DNA of 64,000 nucleotides from Betaproteobacteria bacterium (lineage in GTDB: Bacteria; Pseudomonadota; Gammaproteobacteria; Burkholderiales; Rhodocyclaceae). Below the pieces are notes generated by a model, which saw nothing but the letters and a program-made list of their open reading frames with translations, had not been told where the DNA came from and did not search any database. The stretch lies in contig WRIU01000012.1 of assembly GCA_009782565.1 (NCBI GenBank), positions 5,070-69,069 of the forward strand, read 5' to 3'. Positions 51,545 through 62,420 of the stretch are shown one piece after another (the first letter of the stretch is position 1; each line of letters starts with the position of its first letter). A program made the translations under genes and the position numbers.

Positions 51545-53779
51545 TCAACTCTCCAACCCCGCCAACACCGCATTGAAGGTCTTGCTTGGCCGCATGACCG
51601 CGCCGCATTTTTCAGAGTCCACGCGGTAGTAACCGCCGAGGTCGGCGGGTTTGCCCTGAACGGACCTGAACTCTGTAACGATGTCTTGCTCGTTGGCTGC
51701 CAGTGCCTTGGCAAACGGGAGGAAGCGGGCAGCAAGTTCCTTGTCCTCATCTTGGGCGGCAAGCGCCTCGGCCCAGTAGAGCGACAGGTAGAACTGGCTG
51801 CCACGGTTGTCAAGCTCGCCTGTGCGGCGTGAGGGGGATTTGTCGTTGTCGAGGAGCCTGCCCGTGGCCTCGTCGAGCGTTTTGGCAAGAATCTGGGCGC
51901 GGGCGTTGCCGGTCTTGATGCCGAGGTCTTCAAACGAGACCGCGAGCGCGAGGAATTCGCCAAGCGAATCCCAACGCAGATGGTTCTCTTCGACAAGCTG
52001 CTGGACGTGCTTGGGAGCGGAACCGCCCGCGCCGGTTTCATACATGCCGCCACCCGCCATCAGGGGAACGATGGAAAGCATCTTGGCGCTGGTTCCCAAT
52101 TCCATGATGGGAAAGAGATCGGTAAGGTAATCGCGCAGGATGTTGCCGGTAACGGCGATGGTATCGACGCCGCGTATGACGCGCTCCAGGGTGTAACGCA
52201 TGGCCCGCACCTGGCTCATGATGCGGATGTTCAGCCCCGTGGTGTCGTAATCCTTGAGATAGATTTTAACTTTCTTGATGAGTTCGGCTTCGTGCGGGCG
52301 ATAACGGTCAAGCCAGAAAACTGCCGCCATGCCGGAATTGCGGGCACGGGTAACAGCGAGTTTCACCCAGTCGCGGATGGCGGCATCCTTGACCTGACAC
52401 ATGCGCCAGATGTCGCCCTCTTCCACGTTTCGCGAGAGCAGCACCTCGCCGGTTGCCAGGTCGACGATGTTGGCAATGCCATCTTCTGGAATTTCAAAGG
52501 TTTTGTCGTGCGAGCCGTATTCTTCAGCCTGCTGCGCCATAAGGCCGACGTTAGGCACGGTTCCCAAGGTCCGAGGATTGAACGCGCCATTGGTTTTGCA
52601 GAAGTTGATCATCTCCTGATAGATGCGGGCAAAAGTGGACTCCGGCATCACAGCCTTGACATCTTTCTGTTTGCCGTCCGCGCCGTACATCTTGCCGCCC
52701 GCGCGGATCATGGCAGGCATGGAGGCATCGACGATCACGTCGTTGGGCGAATGGAAGTTGGTGACACCCTTGGCGGAATCGACCATCGCCAATTCGGGAC
52801 GATGTTCGTGACAGGCATGCAGGTCGCGGATGATTTCATCGCGCCAAGTCTCTGGCAGGCTGGCGATTTTCTCGTAGAGATCGGCCATGCCGTTGTTGAC
52901 GTTGACGCCCAGTTCCTTGAAAAGCCGCTCGTGCCTGGCAAAAGCCTCTTTGTAGTAGATGCGTACGCAATGGCCAAACACGATAGGGTGCGAGACTTTC
53001 ATCATCGTGGCCTTGACATGCAGCGAGAAGAGCACGCCGGACTCGAGGGCATCCTGCATTTGTTCTTCATAGAACGCGCACAACGCCTTCTTGCTCATGA
53101 ACATCGAGTCGATGATTTCGCCCGCGAGCAGCGGGACCTTGGGCTTGAGCAGAAGGGTTTTGCCGCTCTTCGTGAGCAGTTCCATCTTCACGTCACGGTC
53201 GCGGTCGACCGTCATCGACTTTTCGCCGTGGTAGAAGTCGCCCGCCTTCATGAATGAAGCATGGGTGCGGGATGCCTGTTTCCACACGCCCATCGAGTGC
53301 GGATGCTTGCGGGCGTAGTTCTTCACCGACATCGGCGCGCGGCGGTCTGAATTACCCTCGCGCAACACGGGGTTCACGGCGGAACCGAGGCAGCGGGCAT
53401 AACGCGCTTTGATGGCTTTTTCTTCTTCGTTTTGTGGGTCTGCCGGATAGTCGGGAATCCTGTAACCCTTGCCCTGCAATTCACGGATAGCCGTAACCAG
53501 TTGAGGAACCGAAGCGCTGATATTGGGCAACTTGATAATGTTGGCCTCGGGGCGCAGGGTGAGTTGCCCTAGTTCGGTGAGGGTATCGGGCACTTTCTGC
53601 CCGTCTTCGAGGCAATCGGGAAACTCGGCAAGGATGCGCGACCCCAGGGAAATATCGGCCTCGGCCACATGGATGCCCGCTTGCACGGCAAAAGCGCGCA
53701 CTACCGGCAAAAAGGCTGCTGTCGCCAGCATTGGGGCTTCGTCGGTGATGGTGTAGACGATGGTCGGCTGTTCGGACAT
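51545..53779 (-). CDS. icd: Monomeric NADP-dependent isocitrate dehydrogenase.
   Basis: The protein is 744 aa, beginning [20 protein letters not shown]. Its length and colinearity match the Azotobacter/Corynebacterium monomeric IDH type. The ATG at 53779 has an AGAGGA RBS. Confidence 0.95.
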   Translation of the reverse strand: MSEQPTIVYTITDEAPMLATAAFLPVVRAFAVQAGIHVAEADISLGSRILAEFPDCLEDGQKVPDTLTELGQLTLRPEANIIKLPNISASVPQLVTAIRELQGKGYRIPDYPADPQNEEEKAIKARYARCLGSAVNPVLREGNSDRRAPMSVKNYARKHPHSMGVWKQASRTHASFMKAGDFYHGEKSMTVDRDRDVKMELLTKSGKTLLLKPKVPLLAGEIIDSMFMSKKALCAFYEEQMQDALESGVLFSLHVKATMMKVSHPIVFGHCVRIYYKEAFARHERLFKELGVNVNNGMADLYEKIASLPETWRDEIIRDLHACHEHRPELAMVDSAKGVTNFHSPNDVIVDASMPAMIRAGGKMYGADGKQKDVKAVMPESTFARIYQEMINFCKTNGAFNPRTLGTVPNVGLMAQQAEEYGSHDKTFEIPEDGIANIVDLATGEVLLSRNVEEGDIWRMCQVKDAAIRDWVKLAVTRARNSGMAAVFWLDRYRPHEAELIKKVKIYLKDYDTTGLNIRIMSQVRAMRYTLERVIRGVDTIAVTGNILRDYLTDLFPIMELGTSAKMLSIVPLMAGGGMYETGAGGSAPKHVQQLVEENHLRWDSLGEFLALAVSFEDLGIKTGNARAQILAKTLDEATGRLLDNDKSPSRRTGELDNRGSQFYLSLYWAEALAAQDEDKELAARFLPFAKALAANEQDIVTEFRSVQGKPADLGGYYRVDSEKCGAVMRPSKTFNAVLAGLES

Positions 53780-53931
53780 AGCTGAAATCCTCTCGATCTC
53801 TGATGGTAGTGATGTGGGACGTGCCATGACACGGCATTTACCCGCCAGACGGCTACGATGCGAGGGGTGGGATTATATACCGATACAGCGTCGGCATTGG
53901 GCGAAGGAAAGGCACGGCGATATTCCAGAGG

Positions 53932-54375
53932 CTACCATCCCAATTCCTGCATCCATCCGCCCTCCCCCGCGCATTCCTTGGCTTGAAGCGCCACTTTCAC
54001 ATACGGCACGATTTCTTCCGGCAAACCATCGCGCGCGAACCACCCCATGCCGCCACATTTTCCCGGCTCGCGCAGGACGGGTTCGCCCTGCCAGCGTAGC
54101 GCGCGCACGAAAAAGTCGATGCGGTTGGTGTCCGAGCGGCGATGGATGATACCGAGCCAGCCAAAATCGCCGGGTGCAATCCGCAAGCCGGTCTCTTCTT
54201 CCAGTTCCCGCGCCGCTGCCTGGAAGATGGATTCGCCTGGTTCGACATGCCCGCCCGGAAGGCTGTAGAGGCCGTCAAAAAACCCTGTCCCCGCGCGGCG
54301 CAGCAGCAGGACGCGCCCTTCGCGTTCGCACAGGATATGTACACCGGTGGGAATGCCCAAGCGCTCCGTCATCAT
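53932..54375 (-). CDS. NUDIX hydrolase of unknown substrate.
   Basis: The Nudix box GGHVEPGESIFQAAARELEEETGL is present. Confidence 0.85.
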   Translation of the reverse strand: MMTERLGIPTGVHILCEREGRVLLLRRAGTGFFDGLYSLPGGHVEPGESIFQAAARELEEETGLRIAPGDFGWLGIIHRRSDTNRIDFFVRALRWQGEPVLREPGKCGGMGWFARDGLPEEIVPYVKVALQAKECAGEGGWMQELGW

Positions 54376-54395
54376 TCATTCCACTCCACGCGCTC

Positions 54396-54845
54396 TCAAT
54401 GCTTGCCGGTACTGCCGAAACCACCCTCGCCGCGATCAGAAGCAGCGAATTCATCGACGACGTTAAACCCGGCCTGTACGACGGGCACGATCACAAGCTG
54501 CGCGATGCGCTCCATCGGCTCGATAGTAAACGCCTCGCTGCCACGGTTCCACACAGAGACCATGACCTGCCCCTGATAATCGGAATCGATCAGCCCGACC
54601 AGATTGCCGAGTACGATGCCATGCTTGTGCCCAAGCCCGGAGCGCGGCAGCACGATTGCCGCCAAGCCGGAATCAGCAAGATGGATGGCAATGCCGCTTG
54701 GAACCAGCGTGGTTTCACCCGGACGCAACATGACCGGCGCATCCAGACAGGCTCGCAGGTCGAGACCGGCAGAACCGGCAGTGGCGTAGGCCGGAGTTTG
54801 CTCGCGCAAGCGCGGGTCGAGCAGTTTCATGTCGATGCGGTGCAT
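54396..54845 (-). CDS. dut: dUTP diphosphatase.
   Basis: The motifs [31 protein letters not shown] and [10 protein letters not shown] are present. Confidence 0.97.
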   Translation of the reverse strand: MHRIDMKLLDPRLREQTPAYATAGSAGLDLRACLDAPVMLRPGETTLVPSGIAIHLADSGLAAIVLPRSGLGHKHGIVLGNLVGLIDSDYQGQVMVSVWNRGSEAFTIEPMERIAQLVIVPVVQAGFNVVDEFAASDRGEGGFGSTGKH

Positions 54846-54874
54846 ATTTTTTTATCTCCAAAATCTGATTCGAC

Positions 54875-56086
54875 TCACTTCGTCGGCAGTAAACGGGCAA
54901 TGCGTTCAACGATCTGGCGCGCGATGAAAGTTTTGGGCGCGCGCGGCAGCGGGTGGCGCCCTTCCTCGTCGTAAATGACAACGGTGTTCTCGTCGCCGCC
55001 CAATCCATCGCCGATCAGGTTGCCTACCAGCATGGGCAGACGTTTGGCACGCCGCTTCTCCTCGGCGAAAGTATCGAGATCGCGGCTCTCGGCAGCGAAA
55101 CCAACACAGAACGGCGCCTCCGGCAAAGCCGCGACTTCGGCGAGGATATCCGGGTTGGGAACGAGTTCGAGATGAATCGCCGCACCCGACTTCTTGATTT
55201 TGTGCACGGCAGGCTCCGCAGGGCGATAGTCGGCCACCGCGGCCACCGCGATGAACACGTCCACACCCATCACCGCCGCAAACACCCCATCACGCATTTG
55301 CAGGGCGCTCGTCACCTCGATGCGCCGTACCCCCACGGGAACGGGCAATGCCACCGGCCCGCTCACCAGCACGACCTCAGATCCGGCGCGCGCGCACGCC
55401 GCCGCCAGCGCGTACCCCATCTTGCCCGAACTGGCGTTGGTGATGCCGCGTACCGGGTCGACAGCCTCGAACGTCGGGCCCGCCGTCAGGACTACCTTAC
55501 GCCCGGCCAGCAGTTTGGGCGTGAAAAAAGCATTCAATTCCTCGCACAGCACCTCAGGTTCCAGCATCCGCCCTGGCCCGGTTTCGCCGCATGCCTGCTC
55601 GCCCACGGCGGGGCCGAGGATGGTGACGCCATCGGATTGCAGCGTCGCCACGTTACGTTGGGTCGCCGGGTTCTCCCACATCTGGCGGTTCATCGCGGGA
55701 GCAACGAATAACGGGCAGTCGCGCGCCAGGCAGAGCGTGGAAAGCAGATCACTGGCCAAGCCAGCGGCCAGGCGGGCAATGAAATCGGCGCTTGCCGGAG
55801 CCACGAGAATGGCATCCATTCCGCGCCCAAGGCGGATGTGTGGCATACCGTCTTCCATTTTCTCGTCCAGGAACCCCGACCACGCCCGGTTGCCCGACAG
55901 AGCCTGGAAAGTCAGCGGCGTTACGAAACGCGCCCCGGCTTCGGTCAAGACCACATGGACGTCCACCCCCATATGCCCGAGGGCGCGCGTAAGTTCGGCG
56001 GACTTGTACGCCGCGATACCGCCGCTCACGCCGAGCACAATCCTGCGCCCGCGCAACCCGTCAATGACGTGTGTATAATCCGGCAT
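54875..56086 (-). CDS. coaBC: Bifunctional phosphopantothenoylcysteine decarboxylase / phosphopantothenate-cysteine ligase.
   Basis: The ATG at 56086 is preceded by GGAGGAAGAA. Conserved blocks include [23 protein letters not shown] and [10 protein letters not shown]. The longer ORF-track N-terminus is rejected. Confidence 0.95.
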   Translation of the reverse strand: MPDYTHVIDGLRGRRIVLGVSGGIAAYKSAELTRALGHMGVDVHVVLTEAGARFVTPLTFQALSGNRAWSGFLDEKMEDGMPHIRLGRGMDAILVAPASADFIARLAAGLASDLLSTLCLARDCPLFVAPAMNRQMWENPATQRNVATLQSDGVTILGPAVGEQACGETGPGRMLEPEVLCEELNAFFTPKLLAGRKVVLTAGPTFEAVDPVRGITNASSGKMGYALAAACARAGSEVVLVSGPVALPVPVGVRRIEVTSALQMRDGVFAAVMGVDVFIAVAAVADYRPAEPAVHKIKKSGAAIHLELVPNPDILAEVAALPEAPFCVGFAAESRDLDTFAEEKRRAKRLPMLVGNLIGDGLGGDENTVVIYDEEGRHPLPRAPKTFIARQIVERIARLLPTK

Positions 56087-56108
56087 TTCTTCCTCCAATC
56101 CTTCTGTC

Positions 56109-56786
56109 ATGGCAATTACCGACTGGCCTGCGGACGAACGCCCGCGCGAAAAACTGCTTGCGCTAGGCGCGCAGGTTCTCACCGACGCCGAACTGCTTGC
56201 AATCTTCCTGCGTGTCGGCATAAAAGGCCAAAGCGCCGTCGACCTCGCCCGCACCCTGCTCGGCCACTTTGGCACACTAAACCACCTGTGCAATGCTTGC
56301 GCGGACGAATTCGCCTCGATACCCGGTATGGGGCTGGCGAAGTATGCCCAACTCCAGGCGGTGATGGAACTGGCTCGCCGCGCGCTCGCCGAACGCCTGA
56401 CTGAAGGTGCCCTGTTCGATTCGCCCACGGAAGTCAGGGACTGGCTGCAACTGCGGATGGCACACCTTCCCCATGAGACCTTCTGCATCCTGCTGCTGGA
56501 TGCCTGCCACCGGCTGATCGAAGCCGTCGACCTCTTTCGCGGCACACTGAACCAGACCAGCGTCTATCCACGGGAAGTCGTCAAACTCGCCCTGCGCTAC
56601 AATGCCGCCGCCGTCGTCCTTGCACACAACCACCCCTCCGGTGTGCGCGAACCCAGCCACTCGGATGAACTCATCACCCGCGACCTGCGCGACGCGCTCG
56701 CGCTGATCGACGTCAAGGTGCTCGACCACTTCGTCGTCCCCGCGCACGGCAAACCGCTATCATTCGCTGAACGGGGCTTGCTATGA
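56109..56786 (+). CDS. radC: RadC-family JAMM-motif protein.
   Basis: The N-terminal block [28 protein letters not shown] is present, with the HNHPSG motif. Confidence 0.9.
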   Translation: MAITDWPADERPREKLLALGAQVLTDAELLAIFLRVGIKGQSAVDLARTLLGHFGTLNHLCNACADEFASIPGMGLAKYAQLQAVMELARRALAERLTEGALFDSPTEVRDWLQLRMAHLPHETFCILLLDACHRLIEAVDLFRGTLNQTSVYPREVVKLALRYNAAAVVLAHNHPSGVREPSHSDELITRDLRDALALIDVKVLDHFVVPAHGKPLSFAERGLL

Positions 56787-56847
56787 GTCCCTCTTTTGCG
56801 ATAGCATTGAATGTTTCAAGGAAATCACAAACTTTCAGGAGCACATC

Positions 56848-57084
56848 ATGGCTCGCGTCTGCCAAGTCACCGGCAAAAAACCGATGGTGGGATACAATAT
56901 TTCTCACGCCCACAACAAAACCAAGCGCCGTTTTCTTCCCAACCTGCAAAACCGCCGCTTCTGGTCTGAGGCCGAGAACCGCTGGATCAGCCTGCGCGTC
57001 ACCAACGCTGCGCTACGCACCATCGACAAAAAAGGGATTGACGCCGTCGTCGCCGAGTTGCGCGCGCGTGGCGAAAAAATCTAA
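56848..57084 (+). CDS. rpmB: 50S ribosomal protein L28.
   Basis: The sequence is [34 protein letters not shown]. Confidence 0.97.
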   Translation: MARVCQVTGKKPMVGYNISHAHNKTKRRFLPNLQNRRFWSEAENRWISLRVTNAALRTIDKKGIDAVVAELRARGEKI

Positions 57085-57112
57085 GCTCACCCATTGAAGA
57101 ACGGAGACGGTC

Positions 57113-57289
57113 ATGGCTGCTAAAAGCAAAGGCGCCCGCGAAAAGATCAAGCTGGAATCGACCGCCGGCACAGGTCACTTCTACACCACTTCCAAGAACA
57201 AGCGCACCACACCCGAAAAGCTCGAATTCAAGAAATTCGATCCGGTTGCGCGCAAGCATGTGGTCTACAAGGAAATCAAGCTGAGATAA
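57113..57289 (+). CDS. rpmG: 50S ribosomal protein L33. It is below the ORF-track length cut-off.
   Basis: Manual translation gives [58 protein letters not shown]. Confidence 0.93.
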   Translation: MAAKSKGAREKIKLESTAGTGHFYTTSKNKRTTPEKLEFKKFDPVARKHVVYKEIKLR

Positions 57290-57371
57290 GTTTCTCGCCA
57301 AAAAAATCCAGCGAGTACGTTCACACGGCAGGCTTACAAATTCAAGTTTTGTACCTCCCACAAAAATCACA

Positions 57372-57409
57372 AAGGGTTACGGCATATCAAGCCGTAGCCC
57401 TTTTTCTTT
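57372..57409 (+). terminator. Intrinsic terminator of rpmB-rpmG.
   Basis: The hairpin AAGGGTTACGGC/GCCGTAGCCCTT is followed by TTTCTTT. Confidence 0.7.
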
Positions 57410-57434
57410 ACAAAAGGAAACCCTGAACAACCTT

Positions 57435-57503
57435 GGATTCGCTTCGCTCGCAATGACACCCATTTTTACCCGTCATTGCGAGGAGCGAAGTGACGAAGCA
57501 ATC
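57435..57503. repeat. REP-like imperfect palindrome.
   Basis: The arm CTTCGCTCGCAATGAC is separated by a 14-nt loop from GTCATTGCGAGGAGCGAAG, with extended outer GGATT..AATCC arms. Confidence 0.5.
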
Positions 57504-57557
57504 CATCAAAAGGGGTTATGCAGAGGTTCCCAAAGGGAAAACAATGTTTCTGCCCGT

Positions 57558-58280
57558 TCAAAACTGACCCGCCCTCGCCTGTAAGGCCGCCAGCGCCGCC
57601 AACCCGGCAGTTTCAGTACGCAAGACGCGTGGCCCCAAACCAATCGTCCGGCTGTTGGCGCGCGAGCAGAGCGCCAGTTCCTCATCGCTCCACCCGCCTT
57701 CGGAGCCGATGAGAAGATGAATGGACGAAGGGACGGGCTGAATCGCAGAAAGAGGCTCGCCGCCGGGCACAAGAACCCACCGCGCGGCTTCCGTAGCTTG
57801 TGCGAGATAAGCGGCAAGGCTTTGCACCGGGGCAACGAAAGGCAGCCTATTGCGCCCGCACTGCTCGCAGGCGGCAACCACAACCTGCCTCCAGTGTTCG
57901 AGTTTTTTTTCGGCGCGCTCTCCGGTCAGGCGCAATACCGAGCGCGCGGCCTGCACGGGAACGATGCCACTGGCCCCAAGTTCCACCGCCTTCTGGATGA
58001 CCCAATCCATCTTGTCGCCACTTGCCAATGCCTGTACCAGAACGACATCGAGCGGCGACTCCCGGCTAACCTCCTGCCATTGGGCATCGACCGCCACAGC
58101 CAGGCGGCCACGGACATCGAGCCGCGCATGCAACTCGCCGCCGCTCCCATCGAACAGCACCACAACATCACCACTACCGAGGCGTAAAACCTTCAAGGCG
58201 TGATGTGTGGCAGCAGGTGGAAGCTCGACTTCTCCCGCATGCGGTAAAACTCCAGGAAAATAAAAACGTGAAAACGTCAT
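57558..58280 (-). CDS. rsmE: 16S rRNA (uracil1498-N3)-methyltransferase RsmE.
   Basis: The N-terminal RFYFP and HHALKVLRL motifs are present, with the C-terminal SPOUT block LLIGSEGGWSDEE. Confidence 0.9.
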   Translation of the reverse strand: MTFSRFYFPGVLPHAGEVELPPAATHHALKVLRLGSGDVVVLFDGSGGELHARLDVRGRLAVAVDAQWQEVSRESPLDVVLVQALASGDKMDWVIQKAVELGASGIVPVQAARSVLRLTGERAEKKLEHWRQVVVAACEQCGRNRLPFVAPVQSLAAYLAQATEAARWVLVPGGEPLSAIQPVPSSIHLLIGSEGGWSDEELALCSRANSRTIGLGPRVLRTETAGLAALAALQARAGQF

Positions 58281-58499
58281 AGTATGTCAGTTAGATTTCG
58301 TTAATCTCATGAATTATAAAGATTTTTTCATCTTCATGTCTAAGCGGGCGCAGCGGTAGCGACCCCGGCGACACGGACGCTGAAAGCAGTGGCGTCTACG
58401 CGAAGTCCGGGTCGCGCATAAGTTCGGAGATGTCGATCATTTCACCACCTGCCATTAAACACGTTTGACGTTAATAACGCACTGCATTACTATTGCGCC

Positions 58500-58781
58500 A
58501 TGTCGATTCAATCCTTCTACTGCCCTGACACAAAAGCCTTGTTCGAGCGTCAGCGCGTCGCCCAGTTTGCCAATATTCAGGCCGTAGCGCGGCGCAAGCT
58601 GGAGCAGTTGCACATGGCTGGGCGGTTGGACGACCTGCGTGTACCGCCCGGCAACCGGCTGGAAAAACTCTCCGGCGACCGGGAAGGCCAGTGGAGCATC
58701 CGCATCAACGACCAGTGGCGTGTTTGCTTCGTCTGGACAGGGGAAGATGCAGAATGCGTCGAAATCATTGACTACCACTGA
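58500..58781 (+). CDS. higB: HigB-type (RelE superfamily) toxin, a plasmid-maintenance killer protein.
   Basis: The protein is 93 aa with PPGNRLEKLSGDREGQWSIRINDQWRVCF, which is typical of this family. Confidence 0.88.
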   Translation: MSIQSFYCPDTKALFERQRVAQFANIQAVARRKLEQLHMAGRLDDLRVPPGNRLEKLSGDREGQWSIRINDQWRVCFVWTGEDAECVEIIDYH

Positions 58782-58793
58782 CGGAGAGCACTC

Positions 58794-59102
58794 ATGAACA
58801 AGAAGCTCAGCCCCATCCATCCCGGCGAAATCCTGCGGGAAGAATTCCTGATACCGCTCGGCATCAGCCAATACCGGCTCGCCAAGGAAATTGGCGTTCC
58901 TGCACAGCGCATTGGTGAAATCGTAGCAGGGCGGCGAGCCATCACCGCCGATACCGACCTGCGCCTGTGCCGCTTCTTCGGCCTTTCCGAAGGCTATTGG
59001 CTGCGCGGGCAGGCGCGTTTTGACACGGAAACGGCCAAGGACGCCCTCGCGTCGCAACTGGCGAAAATCACGCCGTGGCACATGGAAACCGCTCACGCCT
59101 GA
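58794..59102 (+). CDS. higA: HigA-type HTH antitoxin.
   Basis: The sequence HPGEILREEFLIPLGISQYRLAKEIGVPAQRIGEIVAGRRAITADTDLRL is present. The gene starts 12 nt after higB. Confidence 0.9.
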   Translation: MNKKLSPIHPGEILREEFLIPLGISQYRLAKEIGVPAQRIGEIVAGRRAITADTDLRLCRFFGLSEGYWLRGQARFDTETAKDALASQLAKITPWHMETAHA

Positions 59103-59311
59103 GCAGACAGCCATCATTTGTCACCACACCAGCGGATTTCACGGGTTAGAGGGCAGCACCCATCTTAGATACTTACGTTCAAGGGGAATGCCCGTCGCTG
59201 AACCAGTCTGTCTGAAGCGATCTTAGTCACTTTGCCGAATTTTTAGACAAAACAGCCTGTAAACCGCGTAGTTATCACTGTCACAGAAACCATCGTATTA
59301 TTATTGCGAGT

Positions 59312-60172
59312 ATGCCTTTGCCTCTCCATCTTTCCCGTCCCGTGCAATCGCCCAACATGCTGTCGGTCTCCCCCGACACGTTGTTGAGCAAGGCGCGTTT
59401 GCTCGAAGCCCTGGTGCGCGAAATCGCGGCCTCAGAGATTCTTCCACGCTATCTCAAGGTGTCACGCGGACGCAAGGCCGACGGAACGCTTTTTACAGAA
59501 GCCGATCTTGCCTCTCAGCGGCGGCTGGTCGAGGTTTTGCCGACTATCCTGCCTGGGCCGGTGCTTGGCGAAGAGATGAGCAGAGAAATGCAGGCCCGTT
59601 TGTGGGGCGCGGGACGTAGCGGCTTATGGTGCATCGACCCCATCGACGGCACAACCAATTTCATCAACGGCATCCCGTTTTTCGCCATCTCGATCGCCTG
59701 GCTCTTCGATCACGAACCGCGTCTCGGCGTGATCTACAACCCGATCAGCGAAGAATGTTTCCTGGCCACCCAAGGCGCGGGCGCTTTTCTCAATGATGAA
59801 GCGTTGCCGTTACGCCGCACGACCCGCCGCCTGCGCGAAGCCGTAGCAGGTTTCGACTTGAAGCAGGTCAGCCCACACCTAGGCGACGAACTGGTGACGC
59901 GCCCGCCGTATTTCTCACAGCGCAATTTCGGCTCCAGCACGCTTGAATGGTGTTTTCTCGCCGCCGGACGCTTCGATGTATACATGCACGGCGGGCAAAT
60001 GCTGTGGGATTACGCCGCCGGACAACTGATCCTGGCCGAAGCGGGCGGTCAAGCCTGTTCGCTGGACGGCGGAACCTTATCGGCAGGGCCTGCGGTCAAG
60101 CGTGGCGTCATCGCCGCCGCCAACCCCCTGCTGTTCGCCGAGTGGCGCACTTGGCTGCAATCGCATTCCTGA
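59312..60172 (+). CDS. Inositol monophosphatase-family protein (SuhB/CysQ-like).
   Basis: The motifs LGEE, WCIDPIDGTTNF and WDYAAG are present. The start is uncertain, with an alternative Met at 59357. Confidence 0.85.
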   Translation: MPLPLHLSRPVQSPNMLSVSPDTLLSKARLLEALVREIAASEILPRYLKVSRGRKADGTLFTEADLASQRRLVEVLPTILPGPVLGEEMSREMQARLWGAGRSGLWCIDPIDGTTNFINGIPFFAISIAWLFDHEPRLGVIYNPISEECFLATQGAGAFLNDEALPLRRTTRRLREAVAGFDLKQVSPHLGDELVTRPPYFSQRNFGSSTLEWCFLAAGRFDVYMHGGQMLWDYAAGQLILAEAGGQACSLDGGTLSAGPAVKRGVIAAANPLLFAEWRTWLQSHS

Positions 60173-60264
60173 TCTGAACGCGAAAATACGGAATTTCACG
60201 CCGACGCGCCTTTCCGGGATAATTCGCGCTTTCACCGCACACCATACCGATTATCGAGTCCACC

Positions 60265-62277
60265 ATGCCGCAACCACCCGCCCCCGTGTTCAACCCGATC
60301 ACCGGCGCGCTCCGCGCGCTTGCCATCGACGCCATTCAAAAAGCCAACTCCGGGCATCCCGGCGCACCGCTCGGCATGGCGGAAATCGCCGAAGTCCTCT
60401 GGCGGCGCACGTTGAAACACAACCCCGCCAACCCCGATTGGCCAGACCGCGACCGCTTCGTCCTCTCCAACGGGCACGGTTCCATGCTCATCTACGCCCT
60501 GCTCCACCTCACGGGCTACGATCTTTCCATCGACGACCTTAAAAACTTCCGCCAGTTCGGCTCCAAAACCGCCGGGCATCCGGAAACCGGCCACACGCCC
60601 GGCGTGGAAACCACCACCGGCCCGCTTGGGCAAGGCATCGCCAACGCCGTCGGTTTCGCGCTTGCGGAAAAACTGCTTGCCGCCGAATTCAACCGCCCCG
60701 GCCACACCATCGTCGACCACCACACCTACGCCTTCATGGGCGACGGCTGCCTGATGGAAGGCGTCTCCCACGAAGCCTGTTCCCTCGCGGGCACGCTCGG
60801 CCTCGGCAAACTGATCGCCTTTTACGACGACAACGGAATTTCCATCGACGGCCACGTTGAAGGCTGGTTTACAGACGACACGCCAAAACGCTTTGAAGCC
60901 TACGGTTGGCAAGTCATCTCCGACGTTCCCGGCCACGACCCCCAGGCCATCGAGGCGGCGCTGGCCGCTGCGCGAAAGGAAACCCGGAAACCCTCGCTCA
61001 TCTGCTGCAAGACCGTCATCGGCATGGGTTCCCCCAACAAGGCGGGCAGCCACGACTGCCACGGCGCGCCATTGGGCGCGGATGAGATTGCCGCCACGCG
61101 GGAAGCCATCGCTTGGCCGCATTCCCCGTTTGAAATTCCCGCCGACGTCTACGCCGCCTGGGATGCACGGCAAAAAGGAAAATCGCTCGAAGCCGACTGG
61201 CAACAGCGGTTCGATGCCTGGCGCGCCGCCTTCCCCGAACTTGCCCTTGAGTTCGAGCGCCGCGTCATCCGGCGGGAGCTTCCCGCCGACTGGCTTCAGG
61301 TTGCAGCGCAGACCATCGCCACTTGCAAGGAAAAAGCGGAAAACATCGCCACCCGCAAAGCCAGCCAAAACACGATAGCCGCCCTGCTCCCTCATCTGCC
61401 GGAACTCTTCGGCGGCTCCGCCGACCTTGCCGGTTCCAACCTGACCTTCGTCAAGGGCAGCCGGGGCATGACGGCTCTTGAGGGCGGCAACTACTGCTAC
61501 TACGGCGTGCGCGAATTCGGCATGACCGCCATTGCCAACGGGCTGGCGCTCCACGGCGGCCTGATTCCCTACACCGCCACCTTCCTCGTCTTCTCCGACT
61601 ATGCCCGCAACGCCATCCGCATGGCCGCGCTCATGCGCCAGCGGCAAATCATGGTCTACACCCACGATTCCATCGGCCTGGGTGAAGACGGCCCCACGCA
61701 CCAACCCGTCGAACATATCCCAAGCCTGCGCCTGATTCCCAACCTCGATGTCTGGCGGCCATGCGACGCCGTGGAAACGGCAGCAGCCTGGATTGCGGGC
61801 ATCGAGCGCACGGACGGCCCCACCCTGCTTGCCCTCTCCCGGCAGAACCTGCCCACCGTCACAGGCAACATCGACGCGGACGACATCAAAAAAGGCGGCT
61901 ACATCCTCGCCGAAGCCGAAGCCGGAGCGCCTCAAGCCATACTCATCGCCACCGGTTCCGAAGTCAAGCTGGCGCTCGACGCCAAGGCCGCCCTGGAAAA
62001 AGAAGGCATCCCCACCCGCGTCGTCTCCATGCCCTCCACCAACGTCTTCGACCGCCAAAGCCCGGAATACCGCCTCAAAATCCTCGGCCAGCACGTCCGC
62101 CGCATCGCCATCGAAGCCGCGCACGGCGATTTCTGGCGCAAATACGTCGGTCTGGATGGCTCAATCATCAGCATCGACACCTTCGGCGCTTCAGCCCCGG
62201 CGGGGAGGCTGTTTGAGCATTTCGGGTTTACTGTCGGGCATGTGGTGAAGGCAGTGAAAGGCGCAACAAGCGCATAG
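60265..62277 (+). CDS. tkt: Transketolase.
   Basis: The protein is 670 aa with [30 protein letters not shown] and [13 protein letters not shown]. Confidence 0.97.
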   Translation: MPQPPAPVFNPITGALRALAIDAIQKANSGHPGAPLGMAEIAEVLWRRTLKHNPANPDWPDRDRFVLSNGHGSMLIYALLHLTGYDLSIDDLKNFRQFGSKTAGHPETGHTPGVETTTGPLGQGIANAVGFALAEKLLAAEFNRPGHTIVDHHTYAFMGDGCLMEGVSHEACSLAGTLGLGKLIAFYDDNGISIDGHVEGWFTDDTPKRFEAYGWQVISDVPGHDPQAIEAALAAARKETRKPSLICCKTVIGMGSPNKAGSHDCHGAPLGADEIAATREAIAWPHSPFEIPADVYAAWDARQKGKSLEADWQQRFDAWRAAFPELALEFERRVIRRELPADWLQVAAQTIATCKEKAENIATRKASQNTIAALLPHLPELFGGSADLAGSNLTFVKGSRGMTALEGGNYCYYGVREFGMTAIANGLALHGGLIPYTATFLVFSDYARNAIRMAALMRQRQIMVYTHDSIGLGEDGPTHQPVEHIPSLRLIPNLDVWRPCDAVETAAAWIAGIERTDGPTLLALSRQNLPTVTGNIDADDIKKGGYILAEAEAGAPQAILIATGSEVKLALDAKAALEKEGIPTRVVSMPSTNVFDRQSPEYRLKILGQHVRRIAIEAAHGDFWRKYVGLDGSIISIDTFGASAPAGRLFEHFGFTVGHVVKAVKGATSA

Positions 62278-62307
62278 CCAAAACACAAAGAGAAATAAAC
62301 CGGTGGC

Positions 62308-62413
62308 AAAATAAAACAGTCCGGCAGGTTTCCCTGCCGGACTGCTGGATACGAATTGCGTTAAAAACGCATTTCTTATTGTAGCAACGGCTCTCACCCC
62401 GGATAGCCACAAT
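62308..62413 (-). ncRNA. tracrRNA: Candidate type II-C tracrRNA: a 36-nt anti-repeat, a nexus-like hairpin and a terminator.
   Basis: The minus strand reads ATTGTGGCTATCCGGGGTGAGAGCCGTTGCTACAATAAGAAATGCGTTTTTAACGC...CAGTCCGGCAGGGAAACCTGCCGGACTGTTTTATTTT. The core CCGTTGCTACAATAAG matches my memory of the N. meningitidis tracrRNA. It lies directly upstream of, and divergent from, cas9. Confidence 0.75.
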
Positions 62414-62420
62414 ACTGAAA

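Noticed and set aside
22714-54375. Four NUDIX hydrolases in one window (nudC, rppH, a CoA pyrophosphatase, an unknown) as a functional cluster.
   Set aside because: They are dispersed over 32 kb, lie in separate operons, and belong to distinct well-known subfamilies. This is most likely coincidence.
56087-56545. The long N-terminal extension of the coaBC ORF in the track.
   Set aside because: The extension overlaps radC on the opposite strand and has Arg/Ser-rich nonsense composition. A strong GGAGGA RBS precedes the conserved MPDYTHV start at 56086.
58455-59117. A 220-aa minus-strand ORF over the higBA region.
   Set aside because: It is antisense to two well-supported TA genes and shows no recognisable motifs.
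60232-62124. A 630-aa minus-strand ORF.
   Set aside because: It lies entirely antisense to the clearly conserved transketolase gene. Its Gly/Val/Ala/Asp-rich translation is typical of a GC-rich shadow ORF.
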